Shown here: piece after piece, positions 52,851 through 64,000 of the stretch
How positions within the stretch are numbered: position 1 is the first letter of the stretch
How the letters are laid out: each line of letters starts with the position of its first letter
Assembly (NCBI RefSeq): GCF_006345805.1
Contig: NC_043014.1
Coordinates: 40,610,001-40,674,000, forward strand
Source: Octopus sinensis
Lineage: Eukaryota
DNA: 64,000 nucleotides
Reading direction: 5' to 3'
Program-made: the position numbers and the translations under genes
The notes under the pieces: model-generated
What the model was told of the DNA's origin: nothing
Database searches by the model: none
The model's input: only the letters and a program-made list of their open reading frames with translations

Positions 52851-54121
52851 GTGTAACAATTGCTAGGGTGAAGTAAACCTGTAATCTATTTTCCAAGTGG
52901 ACAACAAGTGGTTAGATATGGAGTGTCTTCATTAATAAGAAAGGAACAAAAGTGCCAGAAAGTTGCATTACTTCTAATGCACTGATTTTGCTGGAATTGG
53001 GAACTTCATCACAGCAGTTTTGCTGTGTGAGAGCAACTATGATACCTGAGCCCTTCATAGCATATTCGATGAACTTTTACATCATTGAAGAACTCAAAAT
53101 TGATGTGCACACCGAATGTCATGTTCAAGATTGGGCACTGAGGAAATGTTCATTTGTTGTCAATTTCATGCACTCCAACCTATTTCTTTATTGCCCACAA
53201 GGGGCCAAACAAGGACAGACATAGGTATTAAGTCGATTACATTGACCCCAGTGTGTAACTGGTACTTAATATATCGACCCCGAAAGGATGAAAGGCAAAG
53301 TCGACCTCGGTGGAATTTGAACTCAGAACGTAACTGCAGACAAAATACCACTTAGCATTTCGCCCGGTGTGCTAACGATTCTGCCAGCTCGCCGCCTTCA
53401 TGCTGTCCAATCAACGATAAGAAACTTCCGTCTTCTGTTGCTAGATGTTTCAAAGGTTTGGGTTTCCTTGGTAAATGATTTTTTTGGAAACTGCTTGGTG
53501 CCTTTGCTGTTTTCATTGTAAAAGTGAATTTCTGCAGAGGTCATTATAGGGAGGTTGAACTATCTAGGTTTTTAACAATATTGAATAACACTATGGAGGT
53601 GCCTCAATAAAAGTATCCAGCACATGCAGTAAAGTGGTTGGTGTTAGGAAGGGCATCCAGCCATAGAAACCAAGCTAAATCAGACTGGAATCACAGTGCA
53701 GCTCACCGGCTTGCGAGCTGTGGTCAAACTGTCCAGCCCATGCCAGCATGGAAAACAGATGTTAAAGGATGATGATGATGTTGATGATGTTGATGATGAT
53801 GATAATGACTTTATTTCTGCAAGAATCTGGAAGCTATGAAAATTTGATGGAATCAATTTTTAATGGAGTAAATCCTGTTAGTTAACCAGATCAAAATGTT
53901 AGAACGTGGAAAGCCTTCCTTTTCCACAACACTGATGAGGTAATAACATCTATAACAAACTCTAGAATAAAGGACTACATTTGGCACTGACCATAATTTG
54001 AAATTTGCATCCACAGAATTTGACTTTCTGTATCAGTCCTACATTAATTGAGTTTTCTGCTAAACAGAGAGAGAGAGGGAGGGATGGAAAAGAAGGGAGG
54101 GATGGTAAATAGATAGCAAAA

Positions 54122-54352
54122 AGGCGGCGAGCTGGCAGAAACGTTAGCACGCCGGGCAAAATGCTTAGCGGTATTTCGTCTGCGTTACGTTGTGAGTTCA
54201 AATTCCGCCGAGGTCGACTTTGCCTTTCATCCTTTCGGGGTCGATAAATTAAGTACCAGTTACGCACTGGGGTCGATGTAATCGACTTAATACCTTTGTC
54301 TGTCCTTGTTTGTCCCCTCTGTGTTTAGCCCCTTGTGGGTAATAAAGAAATA
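54122..54352 (+). mobile_element. tRNA-derived SINE family D, young copy with 16-bp TSD
   Basis: Box B-like gagttcaaattcc and central tttgcctttcatcctttcggggtcgataaattaagtaccag. TSD ggtaaatagatagcaa at 54104-54119 and 54353-54368. Confidence 0.9.
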
Positions 54353-54660
54353 GGTAAATAGATAGCAATAGGGGTGGGAGTGGGGAGAGGGGGAAGGAAA
54401 GATGGAAATAGATGACAATAAGGAAGAAAGAAACAATAAAGACTAAATGGAACAAAGCGATCAATGAGGAACAAGAAAGAGAGGAATAATTATAAAAAAC
54501 AGAGATTCAGCACTGTGGTGGCAGCAGAGAATAGGATACCACATACAAAAGACAGTGGGAAAGTAAAGGATAGACATACTCACACAAACTTCCTCACGGA
54601 CAAAATAGAAATATACAAATATACACATGCAGATAAATATCATAAACATCATCGTCATCA

Positions 54661-54881
54661 TCTTTTACTCTTTTACTCTTTTAATTGTTCCAGTCATTTG
54701 ACTGTGACCATGCTGGAGCACCACCTTTAGTCGAGCAAATCGACTACGGGACTTATTCTTTTGTAAGCCAGTACTTATTCTGTCGGTCTCTTTTTGCCGA
54801 ACCGCTAAGTGACGGGGACGTAAACACACCAGCATCGGTTGTCAAGCAACGCTAGGGGGACAAACATAGACACACAAACAT

Positions 54882-54920
<39 letters not shown>

Positions 54921-55077
54921 CGACAGGCTTCTTTCAGTTTCCGTCTACCAAATCCACTCACAAGGCTTTGGTCGGCCCGAGGCTATAGCAGAAGACACTT
55001 GCCCAAGATGCCACGCAGTGGGACTGAACCTGGAACCATGTGGTTGGTAAACAAGCTACTTACCACACAGCCACTCC
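54661..55077 (-). mobile_element. Full-length tRNA-derived SINE family A (internal (TA)/(TG) tract, (AAAAGAGT)n tail)
   Basis: Head ggagtggctgtgtggtaag...ggttcagtccc and tail gaaacaa..aaaagagtaaaagag. Confidence 0.85.
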
Positions 55078-55749
55078 ATCTTTTTAACATACATTTTCCC
55101 ATGGTTTTGTAAGGGTCAGATGCAGTTTATTGAGACTGATTTTCTAAGACCAGATGCCCATTCTGATGCCAACATGTTTCCAAGCAATGAAATACTTCCC
55201 CATTGACAAAGAGAGAGACATGTTTTTCGGAAAAGATTGATGTACTTGAGTCAAGTACATCAACATCAAAATAAAAATCAAATGGAAATTGTAGTTGTGA
55301 TACCCGTGCCAGTGGTACGTAAAAAACACCATCCAAATGTGGCCAATGCCAGCACCGCCTTGACTGGCGTCCACACTGGTAGCATGTAAAAAGCACCAAC
55401 CAATCGTGGATGTTGCCAGCCACCTCTGGCCCCTGTGCCGGTGGCACGTAAAAAGCATCCACTACATTCACGGAGTTGTTGGCATTAGGAAGGGCATCCA
55501 GCTGTAGAAACACTGCCCAATCAGACTGGAGCCTGGTGCAACCTTCTGGCTTCCCAGACCCTGGTCGAACCATCCAACCCATGCAAGCATGGAAAATGGA
55601 TGTTAAACAATGATGATAATGATGATGATGATAATGATTACAGTCACGCCTTATATATATATATTCTTTTCTTCTTTTATGTATTTCAACCCAAAGGTTG
55701 TGATACATATGTATTACACACAGTATATATATATATCAGGGTGATCACG

Positions 55750-55785
<36 letters not shown>

Positions 55786-55789
<4 letters not shown>

Positions 55790-56068
55790 CGTGATCACCC
55801 TGACCGACCAGGCTATCAGATGTTGCTACACATCGCTGGTCACAATGTGCTTCGCCTTCAAATGACGCCACCCCGCTGGCTAAGATAGCAGGCCAACAGA
55901 AGAAATAGTGAGAGAAAGTTGTGGCGAAAGAGTACAACAGGGTTCACCACCACCCCCTGCCGGAGCTTCATGGAGCTTTAGGTGTTTTCGCTCAGTAAGC
56001 AGGAATCGAAACCGCGATCCTACAACCGCAAATCCGCTGCCCTAACCACTGGGTCATTGTGTCTCCAT
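55786..56068 (-). mobile_element. tRNA-derived SINE related to family B
   Basis: Reverse-strand head ...gaatcgaaaccgcgatcc...ctaaccactgggtcattgtgtctcca. Related copies at ~56800-57135(-) and ~12900-13085(-). Confidence 0.7.
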
Positions 56069-56369
56069 ATATATATATATATAAATCTTTAAAATATACA
56101 TAGCTATGTACACAATATATGTCATTTACCATCATAATGTAGTATGATTAGTCGAGGGATTGAAGTAAAATGCGGTTAGTTAGTCTCTAACATAAGCATG
56201 GCTTGTATAGAAAATACAGATGACTTGATAATTGATCAATAAATTTTATTAATCAATGCATCAAGTAAAGTGTGTCCTATATCGAAAGCAACAAACATTG
56301 CTTATAATGTGATAATCAAATGTATAAATAAAAGGATGGAAGAGACAGTAGAGAAGTATAGCTGTTTCA

Positions 56370-56560
56370 ACAGCACATCAGATGCGTCTCAAGCATCATT
56401 ATAAATGTTTGTAGCTGTCAAGTGTGCTTTTTGTTGTGTACATATGGTTTGGTCTTTTGGTAGAAGATTAGCATTGAGAGGATTCTTGACTGCTTGAGCT
56501 ACTTTTGTGTCCTTGGCATAGCTTGCAAGAGTTGGGTATATCTGATGGTATGTCTGAGAG
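56370..56560 (-). mobile_element. Possible LINE C-terminal remnant interrupted by a SINE
   Basis: Fragments such as SQC..KDQTICTQQ..DA.DASDVLL loosely resemble a LINE C-terminal CCHC region. Weak. Confidence 0.25.
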
Positions 56561-57184
56561 GGGTAAGCTGGCAGAAGCGTTAGCACGCTGGGCGAAATGC
56601 TTTGCAGTATTTCTTCTGCCGTTATGTTGTGAGTTCAAATTCCGCCGAGGTCGACTTTGCCTTTCATCCTTTCGGGGTCGATAAATTAAGCACCAGTTAC
56701 GCACTGGGGTCGATGTAATCGACTTAATACCTATGTCTGTCCTTGTTTGTCCCCTCTATGTTTAGCTCCTTGTGGGTAATAAAGAAATAGGTATATCTGA
56801 GAGTGGCATCATAAATGGCAGTTGTTGTTTGTTCCTTCTCGAGTCATGCCTGGCCCATAAGGGTCGGTTTCCCGGTTTCTTGGCGTATAAGTTCCCCACC
56901 TGGACGGGACGCCGGTCTATCGCAGGTGAGCTGCATGCAAGATGCAGGAGGAAAGAGTGAGAGAAAGTTGTGGCGAAAGAGTCCGCAGAAGTTTCGCCAT
57001 TACCTTCTGCCGGAGCCGCGTGGAGCTTAGGTGTTTCGCTCATAAACACACACACATCGTCCGGTCTGGGATTCGAACCTGCGATCCCTTGACCACGAGT
57101 CCACTGCTCTAACCACTTGGCCTTGTGCCTCCACATAAACAGCAGTAGACCAAGACAGCTCCCTGAGACATTTCACTCCCTGTT

Positions 57185-58130
57185 CATGCTAGGGCTCCAC
57201 CAGTTTCTGTCTTTTAAGAAGTCATGTAACCACTCTCCCAGTTTTCCAACTGTGTTGAGTCTTCACTGTTTGTGATGTATGATCCCATGATCAATCTTAT
57301 CAAAGGTCTTTGCAAAGTTGAGATATATCACATCCATGTTTGAGTGATTTATAAGTTGTTTCAGTACTCATTCATAATGATGTAGAAGCTATGTAAAGCA
57401 GCTTTTTTCTGAGCAGAAGCAATACTGGCTGTCAAGGAGCAAGTTATTATCTTTGACGAACTGATCAACTTCCTCCTAATGATTTGTTCCATGAATTTGT
57501 TGAGATGAGGTTACAGTGATAGGCCTAGAATTTTTAGCATCTGCTCTACTTCCTCCTTTATGCATAAGATACATTATGCTCCTCTTTAATGTTCAAATAG
57601 TTTACCACTTGCAAGGTGGCCTTGGAAGAGAATCTGCAGCAATCTTGCTAAGGCCTCTTTGCATTTGGTTGATATCATCATATTAGATTCCTCTATCTTG
57701 ATGCAAGTGATAATTGCCATTCATTTGTATAGAACCGTAGTATCAAAGAACTTGTTCAGCATATTTATTTGCAAGTGTCCCAACAGAGAAATAAAATCAC
57801 TTTTGTATTGCATATTCACTATTTCACTTATCCTTCGGGAGTCTGCAATCAGTGAGCCATTTCCTTTGAACAATGGCTCTATCTTGTACTCTATATAAGC
57901 AAATCTTTTGTAGATCTACAGCAAAGTTTGTCTTTACATTTTTTACAGATGAGGCTTCTTTTTTCAGCCCTCTCCATTTCACAGGCTGTGCTCTAGGTTC
58001 AGTTTCAACTTCAGACAGTGCTTGTTTAAGACAGGATTCCTCACTGAGACCCATTTAGATGATTTGAGATTTTTGTTCATTGTGCTATTAGAATCTTCCT
58101 ATCTTATGGAATTACGTTTTTCTGTTGGTT
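57185..58130 (-). mobile_element. Decayed CR1/Jockey-group LINE reverse transcriptase
   Basis: Minus-strand translation with stops and frameshifts: HKGGSRADAKNSRPITVTS...MDVIYLNFAKTFDKIDHG...VGKLGEWLHDFLKDR (NYRPISL and DFxKAFD RT motifs). Confidence 0.85.
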
Positions 58131-58787
58131 TGACATTTTCTCTGGAACAAACTCACTGCAGATATATTGCATGAATGTCATTAAGTGTCAGAGTTTTATG
58201 TCAGTACCCTGCATAGAGAGACTGGCAGATTGCACGCTGTGCCGGTGGCACGTAAAAAGCACCCACTACACTCACGGAGTGGATGGCGTTAGGAAGGGCA
58301 TCAAGCTGTAGAAACACTGCCAGATCAGACTGGAGCCTGGTGCAGCCTCCTGGCTTCCCAGACCCCGGTCGAACTGTCCAACCCATACTAGCACGAAAAC
58401 AGACGTTAAACGATGATGATGATGATATATATATATATATTATATATATATATTATATATATATATATACATATATATTGATGTTTTATAATATACTAAA
58501 ATAGATATCTGTGTATCATATCAGACTTATATACAGCACTAAAAGACATGTTGCCGTGGTTCTTTTGGGTGAAGAAAATATGTCTTCATAGACATACTAT
58601 CTCCATCTTGGATGAGAACACCATCCAAGATAGGGACAAGCACCAAGGACCCATGTGGCTGATTTGATAATTGCTGAGGTTTTGCTCTGCATGAAACCAA
58701 TGGTAGCTTTGTCAACCCACAAATAAATAATATTTATCCACCAATGCAGTGTTGGGCATTCATTCTCACTGTTTGATATAAGCATAT

Positions 58788-58862
<75 letters not shown>

Positions 58863-58887
58863 GCAAATGTAATATGTGACAAATATT

Positions 58888-58969
58888 CGATAGCCAAGAG
58901 ATAAAACTCTGAGTTTCAGATGCCGAGGTGAAAATCCACACCACCATCTCTTCAGTTATCTGGCCATCG
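58888..58969 (-). ncRNA. Type I hammerhead ribozyme-like motif within an interspersed-repeat remnant
   Basis: Minus strand reads cgatggcca-gataa CTGAAGA gatg...catc t GAAA ctcagag TT ttatc-tct-tggctatcg. It has a 14-bp bulged stem I, core boxes CUGANGA and GAAA, stem II, a short near-palindromic stem III and a GUU cleavage triplet. There is one extra nucleotide before GAAA. Confidence 0.6.
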
Positions 58970-59289
58970 GAAAAACGCTATTTAGACAAAAGCGCTATTC
59001 GAATGACCACTAATTAAGGTAAGGAGGTAAAAGTTCATAGTATACGCGTAAGCGTGCCTGTTCATACCTACACATGTGTGCATGCACACCCACGTGCATA
59101 CGCATACATTCATCCACCCTCACTAGAAAAACGTACACAGCTTCACTCGCTTCTTTCGCCAATTGTATATGCATATACATACAAACCCCCACACACACAC
59201 GCGCACCGTAAACATTCATACATACGTCTACATACACACAAACACAAGAAAAAACAGGGTTAAGGGTAGCAATACAGAAAATATATATA

Positions 59290-59530
59290 TGGTGGTTGTC
59301 TACTCCTTATGTAGAGTTTGACCACCTCCTGTACTTACACCTTAGCATCATCATTGCATCTGATGTGGCTTTTTAAACCAGAGAATGTTCTGAAAAGACA
59401 CCCACATAGATTGCATATCTGATTTGGACCACCAAGAGCTGCAGATAAATTCTGCTCTTTGTGGATCTTAAAATATCTTTTGAGGCCTCTGTTGGATTTG
59501 CAAAGTTTCCACGAAGGCACTGGATCCGTC
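59290..59530 (-). mobile_element. LINE 3' end (probably RTE-type) with two decayed C2H2-like fingers
   Basis: Translates PSWKLCKSNRGLKRYFKIH...CNLCGCLFRTFSGLKSHIRC.. then stop and a short 3' tail ending in (AT)n. Confidence 0.55.
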
Positions 59531-59636
59531 GTTGTTGTGAGCTAATGCAATATATATACATATATACACATGTATATGTACAGACACATACACATATATA
59601 ATAATTGACTTATACTTATTCGACCAAATTTTTATT

Positions 59637-59682
<46 letters not shown>

Positions 59683-59959
59683 TCATCACCTGTATATGAC
59701 TGGCTTCTGTGTAGGTGGCATGTAAAAAGCACCAACTAAACATGGCCATTGCCAGCGTCCTCTGGCCCCTGTGCCGGTGGCATGTAAAAAGCACCCACTA
59801 CACTCATGGAGTGGTTGGCGTTAGGAAGGGCATCCAGCTGTAGAAATACTGCCAGATCAGACTGGAGCCTGGTGCAGCCTCCTGGCTTCCCAGACCCCGG
59901 TCGAACCGTCCAACCCATGCTAGCATGGAAAACAGACGTTAAACAATGATGATGATGAC

Positions 59960-60286
59960 AGTACCATGCAAAAGTCTTTGGCCACTTTAAACTATTGTAA
60001 ATTTGTACCACATTTAGTTCTGTTCACATCTGCTTCATGATATTTAAGTCAGGGCTCTGAGCTGGCCAATCTTTTAATGTGATAACACCTTCATAAGCCA
60101 GAATCTGTTGTGTTTCACATGATCTGTGGCATGGAGCTCCACCATGCTGAAAAATCTCACCTTCCTCCAAGTCTTGTATCAAATTGTCCTTCAGCAAATG
60201 GATGTACTTGGCACTATTCAAGTTACTGTCGATTTTAAGCAACTTTCTTGAACCATAGCTTTTTATGTATCCCCAAAGCACCAGAA
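59960..60286 (-). pseudogene. Tc1-like DDE transposase fragment (copy 1)
   Basis: Translates LVLWGYIKSYGSRKLLKIDSNLNSAKYIHLLKDNL..IFQHGGAPCH..WPAQSPDLNIMKQM (Tc1 QDNAPCH and WPxxSPDLN motifs; the catalytic D is lost). Confidence 0.85.
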
Positions 60287-60648
60287 GAATATGGTGGCTG
60301 AGGCATCGTTTATCATTCAAACTGATCCAGCCTTTGGAATGTCATCTTCACTGTATGTGACTGAGCATTATCCTGATGGAAGAACACTTTTTGTCTTAAA
60401 ACCAAAGATGGTAATTTTTCTTCTAGCACAGGTATCAATGAATGGTTGAATGACCAATTCCAAGCTTTTCTTCTAGTTCCTCAACAGTTACGATGGGATT
60501 TTGTTCCACCAGGGTTTGCAGGATGTCCTCATCAAGCGCTACAGATTTTCCAGGTTGAGGCTTGTCTTCAAGGCTGCAGTTTCCGGCTGGGAATTTCTGG
60601 AACCAGTGTTGACACTAGCTTACACTTGTTGTCCGATCCCCATATATT
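60287..60648 (-). pseudogene. Internally deleted mariner transposase fragment (copy 1)
   Basis: HTH region YGDRTTSVS*CQHWFQKF.AGNCSLEDKPQPG..LDEDILQTLVEQNPIVTVEELEEKLG joined at ~60428 to KVFFHQDNAQSHT..PQPPYS. Confidence 0.8.
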
Positions 60649-60830
60649 ATCTTTATCTTTACTCTAGTTTCAGCTCACGAGCTGTGGCCACGCTGGGGCA
60701 CCGCCATTTGGTGTTGCTACATGATTTTACTTCATGAATGCTTTTTAGCAATTGCCATTTGGTGCATGAGAGAGTTCGATGCAGCTGCCCTCATCTGCAC
60801 CTCCTTGCATTTTCGTTGCGTTGTGGCCTT

Positions 60831-60953
60831 TATTTACATCCATTATAGGACAGCACCTCTTCCATCAGAGGAAATAAGTTTCTAAAAACTTATTTTATTT
60901 AGAAACTTATTTTGTCTGATGAAAGAGGTGATGTCTTATAATGGATGTAAATA
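60831..60953. repeat. ~55-bp-arm hairpin (second copy 62332-62454)
   Basis: tatttacatccattataggacagcacctcttccatcagaggaaataagtttctaaa versus its imperfect reverse complement. Confidence 0.85.
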
Positions 60954-61091
60954 TCTTTTATAAGATAGTACAGGACCCCCAGAAATGGCTGTAGGAGTAT
61001 TGAATGGACTTTTGGAGAAATTCATGCATGTTGGGTTTAGGGCTGAATAAATATAATTGTTTATGTGAACTTTATTTGCCTAACTTCGATT

Positions 61092-61184
<93 letters not shown>

Positions 61185-61461
61185 TCATCACCTGTATATG
61201 ACTGGCTTCTGTGTAGGTGGCATGTAAAAAGCACCAACTAAACATGGCCATTGCCAGCGTCCTCTGGCCCCTGTGCCGGTGGCATGTAAAAAGCACCCAC
61301 TACACTCATGGAGTGGTTGGCGTTAGGAAGGGCATCCAGCTGTAGAAATACTGCCAGATCAGACTGGAGCCTGGTGCAGCCTCCTGGCTTCCCAGACCCC
61401 GGTCGAACCGTCCAACCCATGCTAGCATGGAAAACAGACGTTAAACAATGATGATGATGAC

Positions 61462-62149
61462 AGTACCATGCAAAAGTCTTTGGCCACTTTAAACTATTGT
61501 AAATTTGTACCACATTTAGTTCTGTTCACATCTGCTTCATGATATTTAAGTCAGGGCTCTGAGCTGGCCAATCTTTTAATGTGATAACACCTTCATAAGC
61601 CAGAATCTGTTGTGTTTCACATGATCTGTGGCATGGAGCTCCACCATGCTGAAAAATCTCACCTTCCTCCAAGTCTTGTATCAAATTGTCCTTCAGCAAA
61701 TGGATGTACTTGGCACTATTCAAGTTACTGTCGATTTTAAGCAACTTTCTTGAACCATAGCTTTTTATGTATCCCCAAAGCACCAGAAGAATATGGTGGC
61801 TGAGGCATCGTTTATCATTCAACTGATCCAGCCTTTGGAATGTCATCTTCACTGTATGTGACTGAGCATTATCCTGATGGAAGAACACTTTTTGTCTTAA
61901 AACCAAAGATGGTAATTTTTCTTCTAGCACAGGTATCAATGAATGGTTGAATGACCAATTCCAAGCTTTTCTTCTAGTTCCTCAACAGTTACGATGGGAT
62001 TTTGTTCCACCAGGGTTTGCAGGATGTCCTCATCAAGCGCTACAGATTTTCCAGGTTGAGGCTTGTCTTCAAGGCTGCAGTTTCCGGCTGGGAATTTCTG
62101 GAACCAGTGTTGACACTAGCTTACACTTGTTGTCCGATCCCCATATATT
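61462..62149 (-). pseudogene. Second copy of the Tc1 and mariner fragments
   Basis: Same sequence offset by 1501-1502 bp, with a 1-nt deletion near 61820. Confidence 0.8.
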
Positions 62150-62594
62150 ATCTTTATCTTTACTCTAGTTTCAGCTCACGAGCTGTGGCCACGCTGGGGC
62201 ACCGCCATTTGGTGTTGCTACATGATTTTACTTCATGAATGCTTTTTAGCAATTGCCATTTGGTGCATGAGAGAGTTCGATGCAGCTGCCCTCATCTGCA
62301 CCTCCTTGCATTTTCGTTGCGTTGTGGCCTTTATTTACATCCATTATAGGACAGCACCTCTTCCATCAGAGGAAATAAGTTTCTAAAAACTTATTTTATT
62401 TAGAAACTTATTTTGTCTGATGAAAGAGGTGATGTCTTATAATGGATGTAAATATCTTTTATAAGATAGTACAGGACCCCCAGAAATGGCTGTAGGAGTA
62501 TTGAATGGACTTTTGGAGAAATTCATGCATGTTTGGTTTAGGGCTGAATAAATATAATTGTTTATGTGAACTTTATTTGCCTAACTTCGATTCT

Positions 62595-64000
<1,406 letters not shown>

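Noticed and set aside
52940-53640. Possible pogo/Tigger transposase relic
   Set aside because: Only vague motif resemblance; no diagnostic DDE segment could be read.
60910-60950. CTGATGA in the hairpin arm (also at ~53932, ~34575 minus, and CTGAAGA at ~7990 minus)
   Set aside because: No correctly placed GAAA box with stem III and stem I.

Overview
AT-rich eukaryotic DNA dense in (TA)n/(TG)n/(TACA)n/(CAT)n microsatellites and SINE/LINE/MITE remnants. The repeat content looks like a coleoid cephalopod (Octopus-like) genome; this is inferred from recalled repeat families and not verified. Almost all listed ORFs are microsatellite or repeat artefacts. The only well-supported host coding sequence is a minus-strand terminal exon (50288-51102), encoding multiple TQT-like motifs, a basic NLS-like patch and a C-terminal coiled coil, followed by a long repeat-poor stretch that may be its 3' UTR. 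A CpG-enriched patch near 8.0 kb may be another gene's 5' end. Mobile DNA includes at least four SINE-like families, decayed CR1-type and RTE-type LINE pieces, a non-autonomous Helitron, piggyBac-, hAT- and unclassified MITEs with TSDs, and Tc1 and mariner transposase relics inside a near-identical 1.5-kb tandem duplication. The most unusual signals are two type-I hammerhead-ribozyme-like motifs (best at 58888-58969, minus strand), a ~935-bp palindrome, and several fold-back inverted duplications at repeat termini. I found no prokaryote-type system (CRISPR, operon, prophage). All coordinates were read by eye, so repeat boundaries are approximate.
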